Of a DNA stretch of 64,000 bases, positions 1-12,034 are shown in pieces. Origin of the DNA: Azolla caroliniana (taxonomy: Eukaryota; Plantae; Polypodiophyta); the NCBI GenBank assembly GCA_043228905.1, contig JBHGNT010000013.1, forward strand, positions 4,712,001 to 4,776,000, in the 5' to 3' direction. The translations under genes and the position numbers were made by a program. The notes beneath the pieces were generated by a model. That model worked only from the letters and a program-made list of their open reading frames with translations, did not search any database and was not told where the DNA came from. The first letter of the stretch is position 1, and every line of letters starts with the position of its first letter.

Positions 1-410
1 TCCGGATAGCCCTGGTTGAGCGGTTCCGGTTCTGGAGTCGGCACGTTATCCGACCCGTCGTCTTCCGGGCCGCCGGGGGTATCGTTGCTGCTCCGGTAGT
101 TCGTGTGCACGCTGTATCCCCCTTCGGAATCCGATTCGTAGGCTGAAAAGGCTTCTGCCTCGTTTTCTCCGCTTGCCAGCGCCTCCAGGAGTCGTTCGGT
201 TTCCCGGAGACTACTTAGACTGCTTCCGTCGTCCTGGTCGCGAGTTTGCCGTAACCGGAGAGATTCCTCCGCGACTCTCCGGATCTCGTTGGAGAACGAA
301 CGATCCGAGCGAATTTCCTGCGCTGCTTGCTGGAAAGTCTCACGCCGTCTTTGCCGTTCGGCGAGGCGTCGAGCTCGGTCTGTACCCAAGTCGTGCGTTG
401 GTCTAGTCAT
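1..410 (-). CDS. 5' part of a retrotransposon ORF (probably gag N-terminus), running off the window edge
   Basis: ATG at 410 opens a stop-free frame to position 1 (MTRPTHDLGTDRARRLAERQRRRETFQQ...PEPEPLNQGYP). It starts ~90 bp inside the LTR at 498-871 and is missing from the ORF track because it has no stop in the window. No diagnostic domain visible. Confidence 0.55.
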   Translation of the reverse strand, partial: MTRPTHDLGTDRARRLAERQRRRETFQQAAQEIRSDRSFSNEIRRVAEESLRLRQTRDQDDGSSLSSLRETERLLEALASGENEAEAFSAYESDSEGGYSVHTNYRSSNDTPGGPEDDGSDNVPTPEPEPLNQGYP

Positions 411-497
411 CCATTACCGTCGTTCGCTGCGAGAAAGCAGGAATCGTGGTCGCCAAAACTGTGTTATTCTCTTAGCCGGACAAGGCCTAACACAAGG

Positions 498-871
498 TGT
501 CACGGAGACACTTCACCAAAGGGTGATTACGGCATAGGATTAAGATTCAACGATTACACCGACTTACGTAGGTTACACGATTAGATTGCTTTGGTTAATT
601 ACACGCGTAAGATATAACAGTAATTACAGAACGGAAATCAAGACAGAAATACAAACATCATAAGCTCTATTAATTATCCGCTGTCATTACAATGGGGTCC
701 GGGCCTTTAAATAGGTTTCCGGCCCGTATTACAAAACGGTGTCTCTCGCACCTATTCGGGATCCGTCCGGATCTGGAACGGCATACCGTTTCCAGTCCGT
801 CCGTCCACACTATGCTCATTTACAACCATCTAATTAATTCCGTATTTTGGACTCCTTGCCGGCCGGTAACA
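498..871 (-). mobile_element. Putative 5' LTR of an element extending beyond the left edge
   Basis: TG...CA ends with imperfect terminal IR (tgtcacgg / ccggtaaca), a TATA-like tatttaaa on the minus strand at ~706-713, and it truncates the LTR at 872-1138. Confidence 0.6.
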
Positions 872-1138
872 TCTATGACACATAACTGATGAGCTTTCAC
901 ATTCCCCATGACCCATGAGCTTCAGTAGTTAATGAAGAGAGAGAGTGACTATATAAAGCACTCTCCTCCTACTTTGTAATAAGTTCGGTTAATCTCCTTT
1001 GTAATATACATTTTGTCTTGAGTATTCCATTCTTGTTCAAATCTATCTATCTTGTGTTTCTCTCTCTCATACACACACACTCACAACACATATCTCTAGT
1101 CTATTCCGTTGCACAGGAATCACCATCGATTCTTTACA
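872..1138 (+). mobile_element. Interrupted Copia LTR (same family as 39579-39866)
   Basis: Aligns by eye to the reverse complement of 39579-39848 and ends ttctttaca. The first ~18 nt are displaced by the 498-871 element. Confidence 0.75.
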
Positions 1139-1543
1139 AGGGTCAATCATGCTCCCTAAATTGGTGTGGTTGTCAGCTACAATCATCATGTTGAATCATG
1201 TCTTGTCTTAGCTCTACTTTCCGAAGAGACACAGTTACCTTGTTTAACAAATTATATTCACATTGCTCTAAAGTGTGGGCCTTTGACTGACAAATTAGGC
1301 CAGTGTGTCCACATAGTGCATTCAATGGCTAAATGGCTTGTATTAAGAAAGGTTATACATTGTATAGCTTGTAGAAATCAAAGCTCCTCACCTTTCGGCA
1401 AGGCTTTCTATAATGTTACCATTGACATTCTGATGTTGTTTTGACCTCGTTCCATATCTAGGACCCGATCAATTACCTGTTCCAGTGTGTCATCTTTGAA
1501 ATTTAAAACTGCCAGCATCATTCTTAGTGGCTCGCGTAGTGCT
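1139..1543 (-). pseudogene. Degenerate retrotransposon gag (host of the nested insertions) with two decayed CCHC knuckles
   Basis: Minus-strand translation gives ALREPLRMMLAVLNFKDDTLEQVIDRVLDM, then CITFLNTSHLAIEC and CQSKAHTLEQC. Continues at 6485-6646 and, inverted, at 8378-9018. Confidence 0.55.
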
Positions 1544-4500
1544 TGTTGGAGCGAAAGCAATGGAGGCGGACGAGCTGTTGTTTTACCTATAGAGAAATGT
1601 CGAACAGCACACATAGATAACAACACAGAAAAAGAGAAAAATACAAACACAACTTTTTGGAGGCACACCAAAACCCTCGTTTCTATTTACTTTTATACCT
1701 ATGCACTAATAGTAAGAAATTATGTTTTTGGCCTTTTCTCACTATCAATCTCCCACTAAAGGACAAACAAGGGATCAACAAAGCTGATGGGAAGATTGAA
1801 CAAGACCTACACATCCTACTTGATGAGTATGTTACACAATATACAAAAACAATGTGTAACCTCATGACCTAAGTAATTCCCATCAAGTGGCAGCAATGCT
1901 CTAGTGCTTCATGTGGTAGAGCTTTGGTTAATGCATTTGCGGCATTTTCTTGAGAGACAACTTTCTCAAGACTGATGTAGCCAGCAGTTATGCATTCTCG
2001 AATGAAGTGATATCTCACTCCAATGTGCTTGGTCTTTGCATGGTATACTGGGTTTTTAGCCAATGCAATGGCACTCTGACTATCACAAAACAGTATGGGT
2101 ACAAGCTTAGATATGCCCTTGTCACAAGCTAATCTGGACAGCCATACGGCTTCCTTACATGCTTCGCTAGCTGCAACATACTCTGCTTCTATAGTGGACA
2201 GAGCAATACATTTTTGGAGACAAGATCTCCAAGATATCGCACCTCCCATAAACTGAAAAATGTATCCTAAAGTGGATTTTCTGATGTCAAAACAGCCAGC
2301 ATAATCAGAGTCTGTATATCCAATGATGGATACATTTCCACCACCTAAACATAGACACCAATTATTAGTGCCACACAGATATCTTAATATCAGTTTAACT
2401 GCCTCCCAATGTTTATTACCAGGATTTGACATAAATCTGCTCACAACTCCCACTGCAAAAGCAATGTCTAGCCTGGTCGCTATCATAGCGTACATAAGAC
2501 TCCCAACTGTGTATTGATAAGGAACCTTGGACATAAATTTCTTGTCCTCATCAGATGTGGGGCAATCACATGTGCTCAGTTTTACATATGTAGGCAAAGG
2601 AGTGCTCAACGGCTTTGCATTCTCCATATTAAACCTCTTTAGCACTTTTGATATGTACTCAACCTGAGACAAGTAAATGCATCACTTACTCCTATCACGA
2701 GTGATACGCATACCAAGAATATGTTTTGCATCTCCCAAATCCTTCATGTCAAAATTCTGGCCCAAGTTTTTCTTTAACGAGGATAACTCATCCTTGTTTT
2801 TACCAACAATAAGCATGTCATCAACATATAATATCAATGTGATAAAACTCCCATCTGAACAATTTTTTGTATAAAGACATGCATCCTCATTGCTTCTAAT
2901 ATATCCTTGAGTCTTCATAAAAGCATCGAATTTCTGGTACCATAACCTAGGGGATTGCTTAAGCCCATACAAACTCTTCTTGAGTTTTCATAACAAATGT
3001 TCTTTTCCCGATACTTCATGACCTTCTGGTTGTTCCATATAAATATCCTCATCAAGGTTCCCATGTAAGATGGCAGTCTTCACATCCATTTGGACTAATT
3101 CCAAATTCTGATTTGCAGCCAATGAAAGTAACATACCTAATGTAGTCATCTTAACTACAGGAGAGAAGGTTTCATCAAAATCAATTCCATGTTCTTGCTT
3201 GAAAACTTTGGCTACCAAGCGTGCTTTGTACTTTGGGGAAACACTATCAGATGTATACTTGTAGTTATATACCCACTTGCATGGCAATGCTTTCCTGTCC
3301 TTTGGCAAAGGCACTTAAATCCCAAGTTCCATTCTTATGGATATTGTCCAACTCATTTTGCATGGCTTGTTTCCATTTAGCATGGTCATGAACAGATATG
3401 GCTTCATTGTAACATGAAGGCTCATCGACATCTTTTAGCATTACATAATCAGCAAACTTACTAGGTGCTTTGGAGACACGCGTAGATCTCCTCAATGATT
3501 CCTGAACCTGAATACCATCAAGTTGTGCATGAGAAACATCATTCTCAGCATCATCATTATGAGCATATTCTTGCTGAAAAACATCATTTTGCACATCATT
3601 GTGCTGAGCATCATCATTTTGGGCATCTTCATCCTAACGAATAACAGTTTTTTGTGACTGCCCACATGTAGAAGCATCTACATCAGTAAGACTTTTCTAG
3701 TTTACATCAACAAAAGGTGTAATATCTTTAAATGCAACCTTTCTCACTTCTACCTCCTTTACGGATTGTTTGTGCATTTTGTTCTCATCAAAAACAACAT
3801 CACTACTTCTGACCACAGTACGTGTGTCAGGATCCCATAAGCGATATCTAAACTGCCCATCAATTCCGTAACCAAGTATTTCTGCATTTATAGTCTAATT
3901 TCTTTCTTAAAGTTTTTGGAATGTGTACATATGCGTCGCATCCAAAGACTCTAAGAAGAGCATAATGAGGTGTCTTGCCTGTCCACAACTCTTGTGCCAC
4001 TTTTAGACCTTTGGTTGTGTTCGGTGATAGATTAATCACATGGACTGCTGTTAAAATAGCTTCTGCCCAAAAACCTTGCAAGAGGTTTGCATGGTGTAGC
4101 ATAGACACAACTCTATACTGGATGGATCTATTCATCCTCTCAGCCACACCATTTTGGACAGGGGTGTAAGGAGCTGTAAACTCTCTCCAAATGCCTCTAG
4201 ACTTACAAAAGTCATCAAATTCGTGAGAGGTATACTCACCTCCATTGTCCGAACGGAAAGCCTTAAGCTTTATGTCCTTTTCCAGTTCAACCGAACTAAG
4301 CCATTTTCTGAAAGTGGGGTATACATCATCCTTTCCCTTAATTGGATAAGCTCAAACTTTCCTAGTGGCATCATCAATGAAAGTAACAAAATATAGTGCA
4401 CCACCCAAAGATCTTGTGGATCCAATGGTTTAGTGGATGAGTTAACACTGGTCTTATGTGCACTTCTAGTTTGCTTACCATGTTGACAATGCTCACATAA

Positions 4501-6479
4501 AGCAAAATCAGAGAATGACAACTTAGGTAAGTGGCCATAGCAAGATAGGATTTCCATGCCATTTCTTGACATGTGGCCTAAACGACCATGCCAAATGCTC
4601 GTCATTGGTTGGTCTGTGACAGCCAACAAGTGTTCTTTTCTATGAACAAGTAGAGGGTAGAGGGAACCAACTTTGTTCCCTTTTGCAACAATCATATTTA
4701 CTTTCGTTATACGAAAGGATTGAGAAGCAAATAGCACCATATATCCATTGTCATCAAGCTGACCAACGGAAATCAAACTACGAGTTAGTTGAGGAACATG
4801 GCGTACATCTTTAATGGTGAGATGAGAACCATCACTAAAATGCATTGAGACATCTCCAATGCCAATCACGTCACACTGATGTGGGTCTCCAAGTCGAACT
4901 TTCCCAAGTGACTTGGCTTCATAACATGTGAACCACTCTCTATGTGGAGTCACATGAAATGATGCACCGGAGTCCAACAACCACCCTTTTTATGACAGTA
5001 ATGACACTCCATATTTTTCTTTCTAGATTTGCTTCTACCTCTATCATTTCCACTACTATTTCTTGCTTGGCTCCTACCACAGTGTTGGTTCTTGCACGGA
5101 CCAACATCAGAAACATTATATGCATCTCCATTATGTGATGCAATCACACATTTTCTACGAATTTCTTCACCCAAAAGTGCTCCACATATGTCATTATAGA
5201 CTAATTTCCCATTTGGTGCACTTGCACTAATAGCGGTGCAAAAAGTGTCCCATGAGCTAGGCAAAGTGCATAATAAAAATACACATTTCAAGTCATCATC
5301 CAAAATCATTTTCTGAGCCAGTAATTGTGACCATAATGCATCAAAATCATTCAAATGAGAGGCGACACTGTCATTGTCCTTCATTCGAAGATCATAAAAT
5401 TTTCTCATTAGATAAACTTTGTTTGATGCGGTCTCTTTTTCGTATGTATTGCATAGTTTAGTCCATAGCATTTCAACTGAGTCACAGTCCAAGACCGTGA
5501 AATACACATTGTCAGCTAGGTGCAGTCTTATGGTAGACATTGCCAAGAGATTGAGTTCTTCCCAATCGTCCTTGATCATGCCCTCAGGTCTCTTGGCTTC
5601 ACCCCTTAATGGTCTTAATTGACTTCTTTGAATCAGGACATCTCTCATCTAATTCTTCCACAAGGCAAAGTTGGATTCGTCAAATTTACGGATCTCAAGG
5701 TGGTCTTTTCCACTCATAGAGTGATTTCTATGGGAATTAAAGGAACCATCGCGTGAGGTACTTGAAACCTCGGACATTTTAGAGGCCTTTTGGGTGGTAG
5801 GTAAACTTAGTCAATTCCAAATCTAAGCACCTAATGATAGTTGAGACACTACTAACTACCTGGTCTCAAGTACAACTATCATCGTGTTCTAGGGTAGGTA
5901 TGTGTGTTCGACTGAGAACAACACCTCACTCTTATATCAGCCAAGGCAGAAGGAATGTAACTAAGACTTAACATCAACGTCACAATCTCACATCAAGTGA
6001 GCAAGCATTGAAAAAACCAAATGCAAGTTTTCACGTGTAAATCCTCTCTTCTCTATACTAGAAACAGTGAGTCCTCTCTGTTTCTACCTTTCACCAAAGG
6101 TCTATTTTTCCCCAAAAAATTGGCACAAAAAAATTTGTTCATACATAAACATGTACTAGATATTACCTCTATCGAGTTCCTAGAAAAATAGCATGCGCAG
6201 AGGGGGAAAAACAGAGAAGTCGGATGCTTTCTGCCACACACACAGTCTTCACGAAGTCCTGCGCTCTGATACCACTGTTGGAGAGAAAGCAATGGAGGCG
6301 GACGAGTTGTTGTTTTACCTGCAAACAAATGTCGAACAACACACACAAAAGACAATACAGAAAAAGAGAAAAATACAAACACAACTTTTTGGAGGCACAC
6401 AGAAACCCTCGTTTCTATTTACTTTTATACCTCTGCACTAATAGTAAGAAATTACGTTTTTGGCCTTTTCTCACTATCA
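1544..6479 (-). mobile_element. Ty1/Copia LTR retrotransposon, structurally complete but degenerate
   Basis: 204-bp LTRs at 1544-1747 and 6276-6479 (TG...CA), TSD GTGCT on both sides, PBS tggtatcagagc (tRNA-iMet) at 6263-6274, PPT agtgggagat at 1748-1757. Confidence 0.95.
1869..5717 (-). pseudogene. Copia gag-pol (gag, PR, INT, RT, RNase H) with stops, frameshifts and deletions
   Basis: ORF fragments carry LDSGASFH (PR), WHGRLGH and CEHC (INT Zn finger), AERMNR, KARLVAK, QMDVKTA, LYVDDM, YTDSDYA and KHIGVRYHF. Confidence 0.9.
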
Positions 6480-6646
6480 GTGCTGTGAAAAATGTTTCTT
6501 TCATATCTTCTTCTGGTGGCGTCCATGCTAATTGCTTCTTTAGATTCTGAAATCTAAAGAAGCAATTACCTGTTCCAATGTGTCGTCTTTGAAATCTAAA
6601 ATTGCCAGCATCATTCTTAATGGCTCGCGTAGTGCTGTGAAAAATG

Positions 6647-8377
6647 TCTAGAGAAACAGAGACAGGGAGATAGAGAAAGAAAGAATGATGAATTCCTTTT
6701 CTGAGATTTCTTGTTGCTCATCTCTCCTCAATTAGAGAGAGGCGTGTATTGTTTTCATATAGGATACATGTGACTTTTCATATCAGGAGTCATAACTGTT
6801 TATTTTAATTATTTTACAATTTTTATTCTTTTCCTTATATTTTCCAACACTCCCCCCTAAGGAAAATAATCAAAATTCTAAGCTTTTATCTTCGGTTTTT
6901 GTATGATTGAGTAGTCTGATGTTTTTGCAGGATTGTAGATGTTTATGACTTGCTACTAGCTTTGTTAAGAAATCTGCCCACATCAAAGTTGATGGCATAA
7001 ACTTTATGTTGATCTTCTTTTCTTCAATCATGGCTCTTAAGAAATGGTGCGTGAAAGATATGTTACGTATATTGTCGCTAATTCTTGGGTTGCTTGCCAA
7101 CTTTAAGCATGACTAATTGTCACAATAGATTTCTATTGGTTTTTCATTAGCAAAATTTATTTCTTCTAATATGGCTTTTAACCAAATTCCTTCTTTTGCA
7201 GCTAGGGTAGCGGCAACATATTCCACTTCTGTCGACGATAATGAAATCGTAGCTTGTTTCTTCAATCTCCACGCAATCACTCCTTCGGCAAAAGTGTAAA
7301 TGTAGCCACTTGTGGATTTTCGGTCATCCACATCTCCCCCCAGTCAACATCGTTCCATCCATGAAGAGCGGTTGAGAGGTTTGCCCATCCACACAATTTT
7401 GGTTAGATCGATTCCAAATGCGTGGATTGAAAATTAAGACACAAGTGTTTAGTATGTTTAAGATATCTAAGAATTCTCTTAAGTTCTTGCCAATGTTTGG
7501 GGCCAGGGTTTGTCATAAAGCGTGATAGTAATCCTATACTAAAGCAAAATCTGGTCTCGTGCTACTAACTAGATATCGTATGGAGCCTATTACTTGTCTA
7601 TAGGGAATGTTTTTCATTTCAGTTTCTTCTATGAGTGATTTTGGGCTATCTTCAATGGACAACTTACGTGTGGTCAGAAGTGGGGTAGATATGGGTTTGC
7701 AATGTTCCATGTTAAAACGTTTTAGAATATTATCAATGTATCAAGATTGTGAGAGTGATATTTGTCCTAGACTTGTATTTCTTTTTACTTCTATTCCTAG
7801 AAAATAGGTCATGGGTCCAAGATCGGTGATAGGAAAAATTGATTTCAGCTCTTGTTTACAAAAACTTAAATAAGATAGAGAATTTGATAGTAAGGGAAAA
7901 TCATCCACATATACTCCTAATATGATGAAGTTGGATGCCGATTTTCTAAGATAGATGTTTGGTTCATTTTTAAGTCTACTATAGCCACATTTTATTAAAA
8001 AGGTGTGGAGACGATAATACCAGGCTCGAGTTGATTGTCGTAGGTTGTAGATTGACTTCCGAAGTTTGCAGACGTGTGTTGGAAATTGTACATATTCTGA
8101 AAATAGGGGGGTTGCGCCATTAGACTTCTTCTTCAAGGTCACCATGTAGAAAAGCGGTTTGGACGTCCAAGTGATGAAGTTCATGCTTTTGAGCCGCAGC
8201 GATGGCCACAAGTAGTCGAAAGGATGTTATTCGTAGTGTAGGACTAAAGGTATCTATGAAGTCTATTCCAGGTACTTGTGTGAAACCTCGAGCAACTAGT
8301 CTTGCTTTGAAACGAGCAGGTTGTCCTTAGGGGTCATACTTTATTCGGAGTACCCACTTGCAAGTCTATAAGAAACA
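6647..8377 (-). mobile_element. 3' half (RT, RNase H, PPT, 3' LTR) of a Copia element split by an inversion
   Basis: CKWVLRIKYD...KARLVARGF...HLDVQTAFLHG...YVDD on the minus strand, PPT at 6850-6860, LTR 6647-6849, flanking AAATG at 6642-6646. Confidence 0.85.
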
Positions 8378-9018
8378 GAGAACACTGGAGGATGGATGTC
8401 GTATGATCGCAATAGCAATGACGAATCTATGACATGCAGGGAACCTCGCATTTGATCAGAACATCTACAAGCAGTAGTAGAATTCGTTCGGCAAGAGGCC
8501 GAAGAAGATTTCATTCCAGATTTGGAAACTTTCGAGGAGAGTAGTTCACAAGACAAGACGTCCAATAATTGGTGGGAAGGCGATTTTTTAAACTACATAA
8601 AACAAGATGACACAATGCCATATCCTAACCCTAAGTATAACGATGAACTGTCCAGATGTTGAAGCGCATGTATGTGCATTGCTAACTACATGGTAGGCGA
8701 ATCATGTGTCCCAAAGATTATCACAAGCAGACGCTTGCCGATGCGTTGAAGCTAGCCGAATTCAGATTATCATTAGAAGGCTAGTGGGCAAACTGGTACT
8801 CTTAGTACAACCTTGGCAGATTCGAATCGTTTAAGCAACTAATTGACAAATTCATCCGGTTGTTTCACCAACGAATCACTAAGAGGGAACTGATGTGGCA
8901 GTTTTATGCCACATATCAGGAACAATATGAAACCGTTCCACAATTCATTATTAGATTTCAGAATCTAAAGAAGCAATTAGCGTGGCTGCCACCAGAAGAA
9001 GATACGAAAGAAACATTT
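8378..9018 (+). pseudogene. Inverted continuation of the host gag remnant
   Basis: 8951-9018 is a near-identical reverse complement of 6490-6557 and reads KQLAWLPPEEDTKETF, which joins the ALREPLRMM segment. Confidence 0.55.
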
Positions 9019-10810
9019 TATTGGAAAATATAAGGAAAAGAATAAAAATTGTAAAATAATCAAAATAAACAGTTATGACTCTTGATATGAAGAGTCACAT
9101 GAATAGACACATGTATCCTATATGAAAACAATACACACCTCTCTCTAATTGAGGAGAGAAGAGCAACAGGAAATCTCAGAAAAGTAATTCATCATTCTTT
9201 CTTTCTCTATCTCCCTGTCTCTGTTTCTCTAGATGATATTGGATCAAGGTTCCATATCCTATTATAGGGAAATAGAGAACAGAATCAACAAATCACTCAA
9301 ATAGACTAGAATTCTTACTCTCTTCAAAGACCTCATAGAAAAACATCAAACAAAATCTAACTAACCAAAAACTAAAATCCCTACAAACCGATGGAGGAGG
9401 GGAATATCACTCAAAGGAATTCATAAATTTCTGTAAATCACAAGGAATCCACCATCGGAGGTCCATTCCACACACACCTTAACAAAACGGCACTACCGAA
9501 AGAAAAAATAGAAGCCTGTTAAATGCTACCCGCAGCATGCTACGTGCTGCAGAACTAGAATCGAAATTCTGGGAAGAAGCTATTGCGACAACCTGCTATA
9601 TCCAAAATCGAATCTAGCACCACTCCCTAGACTTCCTCATTCCATTCAAACTCTGGTATGGACATAAACCACACCTCCAAAATCTGAAAATATTTGGTTG
9701 TCCCGCATTTGCTCACATACCAGACACCAAAAGAAAGAGACTTGACACAAAAGCCAAGAAAGCAATCTTCGTCGTCCTATTTGACGAAGATAACATTCTT
9801 CAAACACATAAGAGTCCCAACACTTCCTTAACAAACATAGAAACCGATAAACACAATCAAGGTAATGTCACTTCGTGGCCACTACAACTCGATGAACACT
9901 CTCCACATGATCCACACCACGGCTCCTAAAGCACAGCCGCTACACCACCCTCAGTTTCCCTCAGCTTGACGACACCCTCACACTATCACTTTTCTGGCGA
10001 TGAATATGACTCCACATATTTGGACACCCCAATAAACTCATCACACGATGCACAGTCTTCCCCTTTGTGTGAAGAAAACAAGCATGTGTACAAATATTAG
10101 AAACTTACCTCGGCAAAGCGAACCTGTCCACAACGCTCCATTACAATGGGCTAAGCAAGACGACCATATTCGACTTCCTCCAACTTTTGGTCGCTCGCTC
10201 CATCCCCGCCCACGATCGCCCCTGCACGTCACCGATCAGGCCTCGTCCTCCTCTACTACCTACAAGATCAGGTCTTCTGACGAGGACGAAAAGGACAGTC
10301 ACGGCCTCATCCGACCGTGATAGACAGACCACCATGACTGTCCTGAACTGTCCATTGCCGACTTACACAACCGGCAACTCAAGGTCACGTCACCGAGCTC
10401 TCACCCTTCACTCAGTTCCCATAACAGAATTGACCACTCAAATGTTGGGCACCCATCTGCTTTGTTAAACCCAAAGACTATGAAAAATTTAAACTCTCCA
10501 AACACCCCACAAACTAAACACCTGCCCATCTCTAACATCAACACTACACCTCCTAGATGCCTTAGAAAATTATCGAACATCTACCAAGAATTAGACGAAC
10601 TGGAATGTCATTTTAGCGATCTTGACACGGAACATACATCCAACCTCGACATAGACAATCCATATACCAATCTCGAAGAACCTACCAACGTCGAAGAAGC
10701 ACTTCAAAGCCCCAATGCAGATCATTGGATAAACGCAATGAAAGATGAAATGCATTCCCTCACCAAAAATAAAACATGGAACCTAGTGGAAAAACCCACC
10801 GACCGTAAGA
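9019..10810 (+). mobile_element. 5' half (5' LTR, degenerate PBS, INT remnants, RT start) of the same Copia element
   Basis: LTR 9019-9233 is the reverse complement of 6647-6849. CATTT at 9014-9018 matches the TSD AAATG. INT reads KNRSLLNATRSML...FWEEAIATTCYIQNR; the RT start reads EEPTNVEEAL...NKTWNLVEKPTDRK. Confidence 0.85.
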
Positions 10811-12034
10811 ACACTCTTTGAGCCTTCTAGATTTCCAACACTTAAGAAGTCAAACGTAAAATTAAGTCTAATAATAAGAAATAAATTTAGGGTTTCGTGT
10901 TACCTAGTTGAGTCGACCTGAGGTGTGAAAGGGCCGAAAGGCAGAATGAATTGTGTATAAGCGAAAGAATAGTTGGAAACGTAGTCGAAAGAGTAGCCGA
11001 ACAAATGTGGAACCGGACAAGTGTATAGTTGAACAAGGATAGAAAGTAATGGACGAGAATAAATAATGCCAAATGTAAATACTAGGTAGTTTTAACTGTT
11101 AGGTGTTAGGGTTCTTGCCGAACAACATGTTGTATTTTCTTGACAAAAGCTTCCCATGCTGCCTATAAAAAGGGGCATAGGGCATTGTAAAACAAACATT
11201 GGCCTGTAAGTGGATTAAGGTTTAATATGGTTATTTTTATTGAGAAACTTTGTGTCTGATGGTGTCTTTATTTAACTGTGTAAGTCAATCGATTGTGGCT
11301 GATTTGAACAACAGATAGTTATCTCAATGTAGTTGAACAAAATGGATTAATTCATATAATTAAGTTATATATCAGTAGTAAGTGGTAAAAAATAAAACAA
11401 TCCCTCCAAACCGCAATCTTTCTTGATAGGGTACTTAATGATCAAGTATTCAACTTGTCTACTATCGAGAGGCATTAACACAAATTTGAGTGTGAACCAT
11501 TGCTTAGTCAAATACCACATCATTAAATTTTTTGTTAAAGTATGTAATGAAGAAAAATGGAAGAATTTGGAAGCAACTTTTGAATTCAAATTCCACACAA
11601 ACTTTTATTGGAGCATTACATAAGCAAAGCATTGGAGAGTAGTATATTACTCTCAATTTTTTGGTATTTTTCGGTATTTTGGACAATGCATAGTGTAGGT
11701 TTAAACACACAAACTTAGCTTAATATAACTCATTTTTGTTTCTACTATTGTAAGTCTTCAAAGCTTCAAAGCCCTCTAGTCTAATTTTTGTATATGCATA
11801 AGTGATATGTTTGAAACACAAGATATAGATGCGAGTTGCCTATTTGGACAAGTTTTCAGTTTGTTTAGTGGAAGGAAGTTGATGGACATCAAATTCACCA
11901 AATTTAGTGACTTATAGCTTCTTGGAAAGCTTGGGAAGTTTACTTTTAGTGTATAAAATTTCAAAGGTTTAATCCTCTGTTCCAAAGAGCTATTGGAGTT
12001 TTACGGAGTGTGAGAGTTGTTTTTCAATCCAAGG

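Noticed and set aside
10860-11360. Possible LTR with ctataaaaagggg...ggcattgt promoter-like motif
   Set aside because: I could not define termini, TSD or a partner copy.
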